From a virus (taxonomy: Duplodnaviria > Heunggongvirae > Uroviricota > Caudoviricetes): a DNA stretch of 42,054 bases. This document shows positions 17,637 to 27,291 of this stretch, piece after piece. The first letter of the stretch is position 1. The number at the start of each line of letters is the position of its first letter. Where the stretch lies: positions 1 to 42,054 of IMG/VR virus record IMGVR_UViG_2609459819_000001, one strand, 5' to 3'. The translations under genes and the position numbers were made by a program. The notes under the pieces are model-generated. The model made no database searches and was not told the origin of the DNA. It saw nothing but the letters and a program-made list of their open reading frames with translations.

Positions 17637-18954
17637 TCTCGATATCCTCGTCGGTAATGGATGCCCCGATGCCGGTGACGTCAGAGTTTTCGCGCAGGTC
17701 GGTCATCGCCGCCTTACGCGTCATCAATCCGTCGCCCAGCGCGGTACTGATCGCGTTGGTGGTGTTTACGGCCACCGTTGATCGGTCAACGTCTGACATT
17801 TGCCATAGCGGGTTAAACTCAAACGTGAAATCGTCCGGCAGCGGCTTTCCGAGTTCCGAGCGGTGCATAATGTCCAGTATCCGGCGCATCGGCAGCCGTA
17901 AGCGGCGCTCCTGCAATGAGCTCACCCGGTCGTAATAGTTGGCGAGGTCTGCATCACCAGTAGAGAAGCCTTTCGGGGATTGACCGAACAGGCGTACCAG
18001 CGGGATACCAACGGCACCGCTGATCTGCTCAGCAAACTGCGAAAGAATGTCATCCAGACCACTAAAGCTGTACTGGTGGGTTTCGAACTTATCCCGCGAG
18101 TCCATGAGCGTCATACCTTCATTGCTCTGGAACTGGCGGATCAGGTCGATGTTCTTCAGCAACGCTTCGAACGCCGGGCCTCCAAGCGCGATAAGCTCGC
18201 GCAACTTCTCCACGCTATAGGTACGCAGATGCGCTTTATAGACCAGCTGCGCCGCGCCGACAGTAGCGCTATCGAACGCAGTAAGCCGATCCCAGATACG
18301 CTCTACAACCGACATTCCCCATTCGTTTTCGGTCATCTTCTGCTGGAATGGCAGCGTCACCCCGTCGAAGCGAATCAGGCGGCTGTGATGGATGCGCCAG
18401 GCCGGGATGCCCGTTGCAGTGGTCACCACGTCGTAAAACTCAGGCTTGCCGAGGTCCGGCCCCATATCTTTAATGCGGCGGGTCAGCACCGGGTTAATCA
18501 TCCAGCGGTCGAGCGGGAGAATGCCCTTAAACTTGCCTTCTCCAATGGTTTCGAGCCGCAACGGGGTCATTGGTGCCTGCCCCTCAATCATGATGAAGCC
18601 CACCGCGCCGCCGTAGAGACGCGACCATTTCAGCACGTCGTTCAGCGCATCCCAGATCTGCAACTCATCCAGCTGCGCTTCCAGGGTGCCACGGTCTTTG
18701 GCGTCAATCTCCGAAGTGATGCGAATGCCTTTCCGGGTCATATCGTCCGGGATAGCGTCGACCGCTTCGCCGATAACCCACGATCCGCGATATGACCATT
18801 CCACCAGCATGCGGTTGCGGCTGGTGGAGTTCGCCCGGTAGGTCGATGCTGAATGCTGGTTAGGCGTCTGCATCCCCACGCGGGCGACAAAGTTTTCATA
18901 GCCATCAGCGGTGGCCTGCGCCGTTCGCTGAGAGGCTTGCTTGTTTCGTGCCAT
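17485..18954 (-). CDS. Portal protein
   Basis: 489-aa ORF immediately downstream of terminase large subunit with 1-nt stop/start overlap. Confidence 0.6.
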   Translation of the reverse strand: MARNKQASQRTAQATADGYENFVARVGMQTPNQHSASTYRANSTSRNRMLVEWSYRGSWVIGEAVDAIPDDMTRKGIRITSEIDAKDRGTLEAQLDELQIWDALNDVLKWSRLYGGAVGFIMIEGQAPMTPLRLETIGEGKFKGILPLDRWMINPVLTRRIKDMGPDLGKPEFYDVVTTATGIPAWRIHHSRLIRFDGVTLPFQQKMTENEWGMSVVERIWDRLTAFDSATVGAAQLVYKAHLRTYSVEKLRELIALGGPAFEALLKNIDLIRQFQSNEGMTLMDSRDKFETHQYSFSGLDDILSQFAEQISGAVGIPLVRLFGQSPKGFSTGDADLANYYDRVSSLQERRLRLPMRRILDIMHRSELGKPLPDDFTFEFNPLWQMSDVDRSTVAVNTTNAISTALGDGLMTRKAAMTDLRENSDVTGIGASITDEDIENAEDEAPPGIGELGDKPPEPPGGDPISNEPTADSAGGRGYRKWSLRWFKR

Positions 18955-20582
18955 CAGGCCTGTCTCCCTAGCAGCTCCCAGATGTTCAGGGCTGAATTCA
19001 TTGGCGCGTAGCTGATCATCACCGAGTCGGCGAGGTTCGGCGACTTGGTGCCGTCAGGCTGTTTATCAACAACGATTTTCCCCACACCGTTAATGGAATA
19101 GGTCGGTTGCGACAGCTCGATGATGAGTTTGTCTTTGCTCGCCATGGCGCTGCTGATTGAGATAATTTCGTCCGGGTTGTAGGCCATTCCCTCAACCACG
19201 GCGCGATAGGTGTTCTGGAAAAGCTTGCGTAATTGCCACCAGCTCTGGGCCTTGGCGTTAGCAAAGAAGTCCTTGTTCAGGCGGGCGGCCTGTCCGTTGT
19301 CGCCGCGCACCGCTTCGTCGTCCGGATCAAACACCGCGCCGCTACCGCGAAACGGTGTGGCGAGTATTGACGGTCGGCGCGCAGCGTTACGCAGTTCGTT
19401 GATGGCGCGTGCATCGCCGCGAACGCCAGCGCCCAGGCCGTCCTCGTCGAAGCGAAATTCTTCGAGGTTGTCCTGTTCGCAAAAGCCGAAGACCTTCTCA
19501 ACGGACTGGTAAATGTCGCTGCCCACGCCGGACCATTCCCGCACGTTCTCCAGGAGGAAGCCGTGACGGGTCGAAAAGGCGTTTTTGTCCCGGCCTTCGT
19601 CGGCGACGTCCATCGCGCCCAGTCGCTTGCCCGTTGGCTGAATACCAAGTTTGATATGCGCGTCGACGGCAGCCTGTACCCAGTCGGACGGGATCAGGAC
19701 GCCTTCCGCAGATGCGCTGTAGTTCAGGTCAAGTTCCTGCGCCACCACCACCGGATTGTCGATTTTCTCGCACTCCCTGCGATACCACTCTTCATCCTTG
19801 CGCGGGTCATCTCGCCAGTGGAACGTGAATACTGGTATTTTTCCGCCGTGGCGCTTCTGCGCGAACGGGTTCGCCATGCCATTAACCGAGCTCAGGTCAA
19901 TACGGCAACGGGTGGTTTGCGACAGCGCCGCATCAATCAACAGAGGACGCTGGAGGAATGCAGCTTCATCCACCAGGTAGAGCGTGGTACGGTCACCACG
20001 TCCGATATTGTCGCCAGCCTCGCCTTTGATAACCGCGCCAGTATCGGGAAACTCAACGCGCATGTACGGCGCGTGCTTCTTCTCGTCCCACGAACCGCGA
20101 AACTCGACGGGCAGCGTTTCCACGAACTTGCGCGCCTTCCAGAACAGCGCCTTCGGGTCTCCGGTGCTGTCGACGTATTCCTCTTTACGGGAGCCGAAGC
20201 CGATGACCATTTCTTTGTTGAAGAGGCAGAGCGAACAGGCCAGCCCGATCGCCGTCCAGCTGAGCCCCATTTCGCGGCTCTTTTCGGTGATGCCGTTCTC
20301 CAGCCGTTCGCGCCGCTCCATGATCCAGTGAATCCACTCTTCCTGTTTCGGAAACAGCAGAAAAGGGATGGTGACCGGCAGGCCATAATCGATGTTACGC
20401 GGGTCAGTAGTCATCCCCCAGTCGATGATGAACTGTGCCGGGTTGGTGCGGTAAAACTGCTTTAGCGCTGGCAGCATTTCAGGGTTCTGGCGAATGCGCT
20501 GTAAGCGCTCCATCCGCCATTCAAAAACCATCTGGTAATCAGGGTTTCTGAAATCGAATTCAAACGGGAGAGGCATGATCAC
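18954..20582 (-). CDS. Terminase large subunit
   Basis: 542-aa ORF; ATPase-like N-terminal region and nuclease-like C-terminal region ([12 protein letters not shown]); ATGA overlap with small subunit. Confidence 0.65.
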   Translation of the reverse strand: MIMPLPFEFDFRNPDYQMVFEWRMERLQRIRQNPEMLPALKQFYRTNPAQFIIDWGMTTDPRNIDYGLPVTIPFLLFPKQEEWIHWIMERRERLENGITEKSREMGLSWTAIGLACSLCLFNKEMVIGFGSRKEEYVDSTGDPKALFWKARKFVETLPVEFRGSWDEKKHAPYMRVEFPDTGAVIKGEAGDNIGRGDRTTLYLVDEAAFLQRPLLIDAALSQTTRCRIDLSSVNGMANPFAQKRHGGKIPVFTFHWRDDPRKDEEWYRRECEKIDNPVVVAQELDLNYSASAEGVLIPSDWVQAAVDAHIKLGIQPTGKRLGAMDVADEGRDKNAFSTRHGFLLENVREWSGVGSDIYQSVEKVFGFCEQDNLEEFRFDEDGLGAGVRGDARAINELRNAARRPSILATPFRGSGAVFDPDDEAVRGDNGQAARLNKDFFANAKAQSWWQLRKLFQNTYRAVVEGMAYNPDEIISISSAMASKDKLIIELSQPTYSINGVGKIVVDKQPDGTKSPNLADSVMISYAPMNSALNIWELLGRQA

Positions 20583-21052
20583 CCCATCATCTTGCGGTAA
20601 ATCTCTGCGGCCTGATCTGCAGTGAGATTGGTCGTCTCGGTCTTGATCGGGCCGCCATCCTTGCCGGTGCTCTCAACCTTCAGCTTATTGGTGTAAGCGT
20701 CGCCAACCTCTTTCGCGGCCTGTTCAATCAGCTGCGCCGTCAGGGAGAAGTTTTTCATCCCCTCGGTTTTGGTTGCCATGCGGTCAAGCACGCGGAGGCG
20801 ATAGGATTTGTTCGCGATCGGAATGTCGCTGGTTTCGGTCAGGAACCGTTCGCGCGTCGCGTGGAACATCTCGATCCACTTTTTGGCGAGCGTCTTACCG
20901 CTGGCCTTCGTGGGGTCGTGAGATTCAGCCTGCTGGCGGGTGATCTTGATCCCAAATTCTTTTTGGACAGCCTCGACCACCTGCGATGGCGTGTCATAGC
21001 ACGCAAGCGACTGAATGATGAAGGCTTTCACATCAGGTTTTAATGCAGCCAT
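20579..21052 (-). CDS. Terminase small subunit
   Basis: 157-aa ORF translationally coupled to TerL. Confidence 0.45.
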   Translation of the reverse strand: MAALKPDVKAFIIQSLACYDTPSQVVEAVQKEFGIKITRQQAESHDPTKASGKTLAKKWIEMFHATRERFLTETSDIPIANKSYRLRVLDRMATKTEGMKNFSLTAQLIEQAAKEVGDAYTNKLKVESTGKDGGPIKTETTNLTADQAAEIYRKMMG

Positions 21053-21083
21053 AAATCACCATTCGTCTTATACAGTCCAGTAT

Positions 21084-21704
21084 TTAAGCCAGTCGCAGCA
21101 TGCACGTCCCGCACGCTCTGGCAATATCGAGATGAGCAACCTCCGCTGGCTGATTCGCCGCATCAATCATTTCCTGCACGTCCCGGCTTGCACCGTAACG
21201 GCGAACCACGCCCACAAACTCTTCCACGTCATGACCGCGCAGCTTCAGCTTTGGCTGCCCTTCCTGCGTGAACTTCGGCGCGCCAAATTCATCTGTCGCC
21301 TGGCAGATGTGATAAAGCTCGTGCTCTATCAGCGCGCAGAACTCCAGATCGGAACATTGCGAACAGTAATCGGCGGCGAGCGTGATGATGAAATGCGGCA
21401 CCCTGCCGAACCATTCATACATCTGCTGCTCCATCCGCGCTTTCTGCCAGCCTCCGGCACGCATTGCCACTTCTTCCGCCTGCCCCAGCACGGAACGCCC
21501 TTTCTTCTCGAAAGCGTTCGACGCCCAGAGAAAGCACAGATCCGCTTCAAGCAAATGCTGGTGGTCAGGGTTGTAGAGGTCACCCTCATCGCTCAGGATG
21601 TGCTGATTCAGCCACTCGCCAACGTCATTAGCGGGCATAATGCTGATGTACGGCTTCGGGTCAGGTGGCATCGTAAAATGCGCTGGTGGGTGTGGTCTGT
21701 TCAT
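21084..21704 (-). CDS. HExxH zinc-metallopeptidase-like protein
   Basis: 206-aa ORF with IEHELYHI (HExxH) and nearby CxxC cysteines; between lysis genes and terminase. Confidence 0.35.
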   Translation of the reverse strand: MNRPHPPAHFTMPPDPKPYISIMPANDVGEWLNQHILSDEGDLYNPDHQHLLEADLCFLWASNAFEKKGRSVLGQAEEVAMRAGGWQKARMEQQMYEWFGRVPHFIITLAADYCSQCSDLEFCALIEHELYHICQATDEFGAPKFTQEGQPKLKLRGHDVEEFVGVVRRYGASRDVQEMIDAANQPAEVAHLDIARACGTCMLRLA

Positions 21705-21758
21705 GAATAATTCCAGTGCTCCATTATCGAAGCCCCTCAGTGAAGGGCTTCTGTAATG

Positions 21759-21944
21759 TCAGTCCCGGACGAACGTAACCTTTGTGGTTATCATTCGCCG
21801 CACAAGGCGCGCCACTTCGCGTTGCATTTCATCAATTACTTTTGGCGTCAGTGGTTGATGCGCATATTTACGCTCAATCTCTGCAAAAATCCCGTTCAGC
21901 GCCTCGCTGCTTGGCGGGATAACTTCAACGTTTAATCGTGCCAT
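21759..21944 (-). CDS. Hypothetical 61-aa protein
   Basis: ORF only; overlaps 3' end of o-spanin by 20 nt. Confidence 0.2.
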   Translation of the reverse strand: MARLNVEVIPPSSEALNGIFAEIERKYAHQPLTPKVIDEMQREVARLVRRMITTKVTFVRD

Positions 21945-22203
21945 CGGTTTGTCCTGCCCTGTTGTTCTCGAAAGTCCTGATATCAGCCTTATCCCTGTTG
22001 CACTGTGCTAACGCTGACAACAACGCAACATTCAGGTTAAGGCTTGCTCCCCACGTAAACGGATCGGGTAAATCTGGCTGGGGTGTTTCAGCCGTCAGGT
22101 TGGCTGGTAACGGAACCACCGGAACTGGAACGTAGACCGTTCGCGTAGTCGTGCAGCCGCTTAACTGCGCCAGAAGGCACAAAACGAACAGCACAATCAT
22201 CAT
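21925..22203 (-). CDS. o-spanin (Rz1-like outer-membrane lipoprotein), overlapped type
   Basis: Internal start MMIVLFVLCLLAQLSGC gives signal peptide plus lipobox (LSGC); Pro-rich mature region; starts inside the Rz-like gene in another frame and extends past its stop. Confidence 0.45.
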   Translation of the reverse strand: MMIVLFVLCLLAQLSGCTTTRTVYVPVPVVPLPANLTAETPQPDLPDPFTWGASLNLNVALLSALAQCNRDKADIRTFENNRAGQTDGTIKR

Positions 22204-22480
22204 CCGCAACAGCCACTTTGATATCTTCCTCGGTTCTCTGTGACTCCAGTGCGATCTGCTGCCTGGCATATTGATTTGTCTCCAGAATGATGTTCGTTAT
22301 TGCTACGGTGCGCAGGACATTCGCGGTGATGGTCTCAAAGGAATCAGCGCGCTGTTCTGCATCGTCAGCGCGCCGCTGTTCCTCCAGAAACTTTCCATGG
22401 TAATGATTCGCTGACCAGACAAGACCACCAGCAATACAAGCAATAAACGTTAAAATGAGCGCCCAATAACTCATCTTCAT
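22088..22480 (-). CDS. i-spanin (Rz-like)
   Basis: N-terminal TM helix followed by charged coiled-coil-like region; WSANHYHGK resembles lambda Rz WAVNHYRDN; ATGA overlap with endolysin. Confidence 0.5.
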   Translation of the reverse strand: MKMSYWALILTFIACIAGGLVWSANHYHGKFLEEQRRADDAEQRADSFETITANVLRTVAITNIILETNQYARQQIALESQRTEEDIKVAVADDDCAVRFVPSGAVKRLHDYANGLRSSSGGSVTSQPDG

Positions 22481-23091
22481 ACCAGCAGCGCCGCCCGCGC
22501 CTTGTTGTATCGGACCTTACGATCCTCAATACCGTTCAGACCGCCGTTAATGATGCGAGTAACACGATTAATATCGGCACCGTAGATCATGCAGCCTTTA
22601 GAGGTGTAGAACCATGCAGCTGAGCGCGCAGCCTGTAGTTCCTGTTCCAGTTGTTCAGGTGAAGTCACCAAATCTAACTTCAGAGCAGCCCCGCAGGTGC
22701 GATAATTGTCGAGGCCAGTGATTTGAATTAACCCTCTGCCGCGATATTTCCAGCCGTCGCCGGGCGCTTTGTTACCCAGGCGGTTGCTATACACCAGATT
22801 GGCAATAGCATCCTGACGAGCTGCATGTCCGGATGTTCTGCCAAGGGCATCAGCCTGCTGCTGTGTGATCCTCTTTCCGAACGTCGCCACCAGCGCAGAT
22901 GGTGTGTAGTTCAAATTTTCAACTACAGCGCTAAAGCCACCAGACTCATGACCTACCTGAGCGATGAACATGGCCTGATCCGCGGGTGCTGTAATGCCGA
23001 ATTCTTTCATCGCTGCATCTACTGGTTGAAACCAGCGCACAGCCAGTCCGGCGCTGATACCAGCCGCCTTTTGAAATAATTGTTGGTTCAT
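22477..23091 (-). CDS. Endolysin, glycoside hydrolase family 19 (chitinase-like)
   Basis: EFGITAPADQAMFIAQVGHESGGF and GLIQITGLDNYRTCG match the GH19 phage endolysin pattern from memory; located between holins and spanins. Confidence 0.7.
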   Translation of the reverse strand: MNQQLFQKAAGISAGLAVRWFQPVDAAMKEFGITAPADQAMFIAQVGHESGGFSAVVENLNYTPSALVATFGKRITQQQADALGRTSGHAARQDAIANLVYSNRLGNKAPGDGWKYRGRGLIQITGLDNYRTCGAALKLDLVTSPEQLEQELQAARSAAWFYTSKGCMIYGADINRVTRIINGGLNGIEDRKVRYNKARAALLV

Positions 23092-23372
23092 TAGTGCCTC
23101 AGATGATCAACCAGGCGTGCAACGTTGCCTCTGACGGCCACCAGCACGGAAAGAAAAATAGTATTCGCCACGATAATGGGCCATGAGGAATGGGGATAAA
23201 TCCCACAGAGATAGGCCAACGGAACAGCACTGTATGTAACAGTAATCAGCCAGGCTAAACGTGAAACCCAAGGACGATGCCGCGAATCACCACGACGATA
23301 AAACATCAGAGTAATAACAACACAAGCACATAACAGCGCGTTTATAGTTGCTGTCGGGTCATTTAGCTCCAC
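23091..23372 (-). CDS. Holin-associated membrane protein (possible antiholin/holin)
   Basis: 93-aa ORF with about three TM segments; GTG start with GGGGAGG 5 nt upstream. Confidence 0.35.
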   Translation of the reverse strand: MELNDPTATINALLCACVVITLMFYRRGDSRHRPWVSRLAWLITVTYSAVPLAYLCGIYPHSSWPIIVANTIFLSVLVAVRGNVARLVDHLRH

Positions 23373-23745
23373 CTGAACCTCCCCGGCGCGTTATGAGCGC
23401 CACCAGCGACCCGATATCCTGATTATTCAGGAACGTCAGGATCTTAACGGCTAAAGCAGATACGATTACGGCACCAATGGCATCCAGAGGTTTATCACTG
23501 TATCCGGTCAAGCTTGCCAGCTTGGAGCCAACCAACCCAGAGCAAAGGATCCCGGCAATATACGACACGATAAAATATGCCAGTCGGCGCGATGCGCTCA
23601 GATCCGCTGCTGTTGCTATGTAGAATACAGCCCCTGCAAATGCGCCAAATACAACGCCGTAATCAGTTCCGGTCAGCAGTCCATAAACACTGGCACCCGT
23701 CAGGGCACCACCAGCCAGCCCAGTACCGGAAATTGGATCGGACAT
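23359..23745 (-). CDS. Putative holin
   Basis: 128-aa Gly-rich multi-TM protein; first gene of the lysis cassette; GAGGGGG upstream of ATG. Confidence 0.4.
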   Translation of the reverse strand: MSDPISGTGLAGGALTGASVYGLLTGTDYGVVFGAFAGAVFYIATAADLSASRRLAYFIVSYIAGILCSGLVGSKLASLTGYSDKPLDAIGAVIVSALAVKILTFLNNQDIGSLVALITRRGGSGGAK

Positions 23746-23861
23746 TTAGCCCCCTCTTAATTGCTGTGAGTCCTCTCAGGTATGAGGGGAAATAGGCTCA
23801 GGCTTCACGGGTTGGATTTATCAACAAAGCACGTAGCGGATGATTACCGTGAGCCGGAAAT

Positions 23862-23887
23862 AAAAAAGCCCCAGCGGGTGCCGGGGC
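23862..23887 (-). terminator. Intrinsic terminator downstream of the Q-lysis cargo gene
   Basis: Minus-strand GCCCC..GGGGC stem followed by TTTTTT. Confidence 0.4.
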
Positions 23888-23979
23888 GAGTTATAGATAA
23901 GTGCATGCTCTAGCAGCAAATCACTGTATTTGATATCGTTAAATCGCCAAAAATAACCCTATCAAACATGGAGAATTAT

Positions 23980-24129
23980 ATGAGTGAATCAAACAAACCA
24001 TCTGGAGAAAATAAGCCTCAACCCGCACCACAGCCTAAACCGGCTCCACAGCCAGCCGAAAGAAATCTGAGGACAGGTTATACCTTTGTTGCCGATTCTG
24101 CTGAAAACATCAGAAAAAAAGGTAAGTAA
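23980..24129 (+). CDS. 49-aa Pro-rich small ORF (MSESNKPSGENKPQPAPQPKPAPQPAERNL...)
   Basis: Manually translated; GGAGA 5 nt upstream of ATG; convergent with and overlapping 20 nt of the 189-aa membrane protein gene. Confidence 0.2.
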   Translation: MSESNKPSGENKPQPAPQPKPAPQPAERNLRTGYTFVADSAENIRKKGK

Positions 24130-24679
24130 GTACTGAGATTACAAGTGCACAAACAGGGGTGAGGATTGTAGCGATCCTTACCCTTTCTAGTTCTCGGCCT
24201 ATTCTGGCATTCTCTTTTTTACTCATTTCAGCCATTCTGGTTAAATCCGCAAGCCGGTAGCGCCGCAAGACGTTCAATGTTGAACGCTTTCCTGAAAATC
24301 CTTTCGACTCAAAACCAGTGTAATCATCTTCAGTAAACCCTTTATAGTCATCATGGTAAAGCGCATAGGGTGTCGATGACACGAGAGCTCGTGACCTTAC
24401 AACGAGGACGCAGCGAACAAGATAAGCCGCACACATTGCCCAGTAGACTAAAAAAACAGACATTCCAGCGGTGAGGTAATCAAAACCTGTACGTTGCGTT
24501 AATAACAAAAATGACGAGCCCACGCCAGCAATGAGTATACTCAATAACTTCTGGCCATTTTCTTTGTTTAGTGCGTTGGACTGGTGAATTTCGCGTATAC
24601 AATCCTCGCCCTGCTTCTCCAGAAAAGCAACGAGTTCGTCGTCCGCATCCAAAAAGTAATCATCGGGTAGATTATTCAT
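24110..24679 (-). CDS. Membrane protein of unknown function (cargo gene between Q and lysis genes)
   Basis: 189-aa ORF; acidic N-terminal region, about three hydrophobic TM segments; bracketed by two minus-strand terminators. Confidence 0.45.
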   Translation of the reverse strand: MNNLPDDYFLDADDELVAFLEKQGEDCIREIHQSNALNKENGQKLLSILIAGVGSSFLLLTQRTGFDYLTAGMSVFLVYWAMCAAYLVRCVLVVRSRALVSSTPYALYHDDYKGFTEDDYTGFESKGFSGKRSTLNVLRRYRLADLTRMAEMSKKENARIGRELERVRIATILTPVCALVISVLTYLFF

Positions 24680-24756
24680 TCCCCAACCTCACATCCTGTA
24701 ATGCATCAATTTTACCTGAATGTCTCGAACCTTGGTATTGCTGTCTCCAGAAACGC

Positions 24757-24784
24757 AAAAAACCCCACGGTGTTATCCGCAGGG
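24757..24784 (-). terminator. tR'-like intrinsic terminator downstream of Q
   Basis: RNA stem CCCUGCGG/CCGUGGGG (with G-U pairs) followed by U6, about 100 nt downstream of Q stop. Confidence 0.5.
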
Positions 24785-24818
24785 CTTGAAACGAAGGCAT
24801 TAACCCATCGTTGGGACA

Positions 24819-24846
24819 AAATTAACACAGATTCGGGAAAAGTAAA
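24819..24846 (-). promoter_or_regulatory. pR'-like late promoter candidate
   Basis: TTTACT-16 nt-TAATTT with TGT extended -10, between Q stop and the tR'-like terminator; predicts a short 6S-like transcript. Confidence 0.3.
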
Positions 24847-24883
24847 TAGCCCAAGACAAAATCATAGGCTATCGCTATAGGCG

Positions 24884-25666
24884 TTACCGCGTTATCTGCT
24901 TAAGCTGTTTTTCGGCCCAGGACTCTTCGATATCAAATTTCGTGATCAGCAGGTCGTAGAATGGCTTAACAGACTTTTTCCAGGTGTCCAGGCTAATGGC
25001 GTCAGTAATCTGGCATACAGCAGCATAGGCTTCAGTCGACGGAAGTCGTTCATACCCACGCCCTCCGCAGCGCTTACAGTCAGCCAGAACAGGAACGCCC
25101 TGTTTCTCAGTAAGAGCCTGGTTCACTGCCTTGCCGCGCCCATGGCAATCACTGCAAGAAGCACTAACCACACCAGAGCCATTACACTTTTTGCATAGCA
25201 CTTTGATGGATTCTTTGACCTTCACCATCCCGGACACGGTCATTTTCCCTTCTGGCTTACGGAATTTATTGGTAAACACGTCAGCCTCAATGAAGCCCTG
25301 ACCGTCACAACAATCGCACTGCTTCACGCTGGCAGCGCTGCGGGAATAGTCCTCAAAAGCGAAGGTGGCCAACTGGTGCATCACCTGAGGTTTAACCGCG
25401 GCACCGAGCTTACGCAGTGCGGCAACCTTGTCGCATTTTGTCATCGCGTACTCAGCCAGCAGACCGATCGCCCGATCCCGGTCGTTATTGCTTATGCCCA
25501 TCTTGCCGAGGAAGGCGCTGTAACCCATTGCGGCGCGTTCCTGCGTCATGCCCATGGCAGCCATTATGTCGGTACCGGTCAGTGAATCGGAGGCGGTAGC
25601 GCGCGGAGAATCGCTAATCAGTGTGGATTTAGCGAAGTGGTATTTCACTGTGTTTTCAAGGTTCAT
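24884..25666 (-). CDS. Q: Late-gene antiterminator Q (lambda Q family)
   Basis: N-terminal SDSPRATASDSLTGTDIMAAMGM and C-terminal TWKKSVKPFYDLL closely resemble lambda Q as recalled; multiple CxxC zinc motifs. Confidence 0.85.
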   Translation of the reverse strand: MNLENTVKYHFAKSTLISDSPRATASDSLTGTDIMAAMGMTQERAAMGYSAFLGKMGISNNDRDRAIGLLAEYAMTKCDKVAALRKLGAAVKPQVMHQLATFAFEDYSRSAASVKQCDCCDGQGFIEADVFTNKFRKPEGKMTVSGMVKVKESIKVLCKKCNGSGVVSASCSDCHGRGKAVNQALTEKQGVPVLADCKRCGGRGYERLPSTEAYAAVCQITDAISLDTWKKSVKPFYDLLITKFDIEESWAEKQLKQITR

Positions 25667-25803
25667 AGCGCTTCTCCAGCATAAGTTTTCACGTAATTCT
25701 TCAGTATCCGGTAGTCCGTTAGCACAGAGCCGGGAAAGTGGTATAAGCGAAGCCGCTGCCAGCGAACGCGGAGGTGATCGGAAAAACAGGATTCAAATGT
25801 CAT
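25663..25803 (-). CDS. ylcG: YlcG-like small protein (46 aa)
   Basis: Manually translated [46 protein letters not shown]; ATGA overlaps with rusA stop and Q start. Confidence 0.5.
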   Translation of the reverse strand: MTFESCFSDHLRVRWQRLRLYHFPGSVLTDYRILKNYVKTYAGEAL

Positions 25804-26162
25804 ACGGCCTCCAGCCCGGTGATTGTCAGTTCCAGCTTTCCACCTTTGGTAACGGGCATCTTCACAACGCGATAATCAACGACCTGAGCATCGTCCAGCC
25901 AGAAACCTGCTTTGGTGAGTGCGTCAAAAGCGGCCTTTTGCAGATTATCCAGGTCACGGCGACGGCGATCCGGCATGTGGCACTCAATGCGGATTTTCAC
26001 AGGCATAGCCAGACCGATATCCAGCATTGCGTTTTTAATGATTCGGGCGACGTTATCGCGGTATGCCTGCCCTTCTGCGCTGATGTGCGTGCGCCCGCGA
26101 TTATGGCGGTAGTAGCGGTTATTGCTCGGCGGCCAGGGCAATGTGATGTTGTAAGTATTCAC
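25800..26162 (-). CDS. rusA: Holliday junction resolvase RusA
   Basis: [37 protein letters not shown]... nearly identical to E. coli RusA as recalled; 120 aa from GTG at 26162 overlapping ybcO stop. Confidence 0.85.
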   Translation of the reverse strand: MNTYNITLPWPPSNNRYYRHNRGRTHISAEGQAYRDNVARIIKNAMLDIGLAMPVKIRIECHMPDRRRRDLDNLQKAAFDALTKAGFWLDDAQVVDYRVVKMPVTKGGKLELTITGLEAV

Positions 26163-26449
26163 GCCTTGATTACCCCCTCTTTCAGCCAGATAACCTGCGT
26201 TCTCGCCATACCTTCCAGCGCGCATTCTTTAGCATACTCAGCATCGACAAAATGTGTACGGCGGTCGATCTCGTCGTGACAGGCAGAGCATGCAATGGTG
26301 GCAATCAGATCAGGCGGTTTGATTCCGGTGCCACATAACCCGGCCAGGCGAATGTGCGCCAGTACAGACGTTTCCGGGTTACCGTTGCAGACGCCGGGAA
26401 TTCGAACCTGACAATCACGACCACGAGCCTCTTTGCGTAAATTTGCCAT
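26159..26449 (-). CDS. ybcO: YbcO-like protein (DUF1364, putative nuclease)
   Basis: 96 aa from internal ATG ([42 protein letters not shown]...); DLP12-like gene order ybcN-ybcO-rusA-ylcG. Confidence 0.65.
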   Translation of the reverse strand: MANLRKEARGRDCQVRIPGVCNGNPETSVLAHIRLAGLCGTGIKPPDLIATIACSACHDEIDRRTHFVDAEYAKECALEGMARTQVIWLKEGVIKA

Positions 26450-26451
26450 GC

Positions 26452-26658
26452 TCACCCCCACGCCTTGCTTTGCCATACCCGGCTCGGGCGAGGCGCGTTG
26501 TCGCCTTCCGGCAATTGCACGCTGACGGTCCAGGTGATGTTGTCGCGATTCAGGCTGCGCTCTGTCTTTACACCGCGCGCCCGGTATTTCTCCACCAGCT
26601 CGTCGGCCTGTTCGGTGGTGCATTCGTGATGGTGGAACCAGGAAAATTTCATCGCCAT
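26452..26658 (-). CDS. Hypothetical small protein (NinE position)
   Basis: 68-aa ORF packed between ybcN and ybcO with overlapping stop/start. Confidence 0.3.
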   Translation of the reverse strand: MAMKFSWFHHHECTTEQADELVEKYRARGVKTERSLNRDNITWTVSVQLPEGDNAPRPSRVWQSKAWG

Positions 26659-27257
26659 CACCCCGCAAAGCTCATCAGCTGGGCGGCGGCGTTTTCTGCC
26701 TCTTCACAACTGCGAAATGATCGGGAGAGTATCCATCGCCACAGAACATCGAGCGCGGCTTTGTACAGCTGCTGGAACTCGGTTTCGTCCATGTTAGCGA
26801 AGGCAATACTGCGGGGATGTTTGCGAAGTGTTCCGTCAGGAAGCTGAATAGCGTCATAGTGACCAGACTCGACGATCACCCAGGCGCGATAAGCATCATA
26901 GGATTTGCAGATGCTGATGCTACCGGCGCGCTTATCGGCGATGCGGTCCAGATATTGCTCGGCAGCATCCAGCAGTGCGCCTTCGTTTCCACCAAATGCC
27001 GCGAGGAATTTAGCATAACCACTTACGAGCTTACGCTCATTGCTGGATATCGCCCCTCCAGTAGGTTCCCAGTATTCAAACCCGAGATTCAGGAGCGCAA
27101 AAAAACGGCGATGGAATGCGGGATTCCTCACCTGGCGAAATTCGGCTACCAGCACGGCGCCGAGTTTGATTTTTGATTGCAGAATATCGCTGGTCTCCGG
27201 CGTCGCGGGGATCAGGATTCCTGATGACTGCTTGATGAGTTGTAGTTCGTGCGCCAT
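26658..27257 (-). CDS. ybcN: YbcN-like protein (DUF1367)
   Basis: MAHELQLIKQSSGILIPATPETSDIL... recalled as DLP12 YbcN-like; position upstream of ybcO/rusA. Confidence 0.6.
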   Translation of the reverse strand: MAHELQLIKQSSGILIPATPETSDILQSKIKLGAVLVAEFRQVRNPAFHRRFFALLNLGFEYWEPTGGAISSNERKLVSGYAKFLAAFGGNEGALLDAAEQYLDRIADKRAGSISICKSYDAYRAWVIVESGHYDAIQLPDGTLRKHPRSIAFANMDETEFQQLYKAALDVLWRWILSRSFRSCEEAENAAAQLMSFAG

Positions 27258-27291
27258 GGTTTCTCTCCGTGGCGCAGTAGGTTACGGTTGT

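Noticed and set aside
19277-20465. Several long ORFs on both strands inside the terminase large subunit region
   Set aside because: Alternative-frame ORFs inside a well-supported 542-aa gene; Arg/Ser/Pro-rich composition typical of spurious frames.
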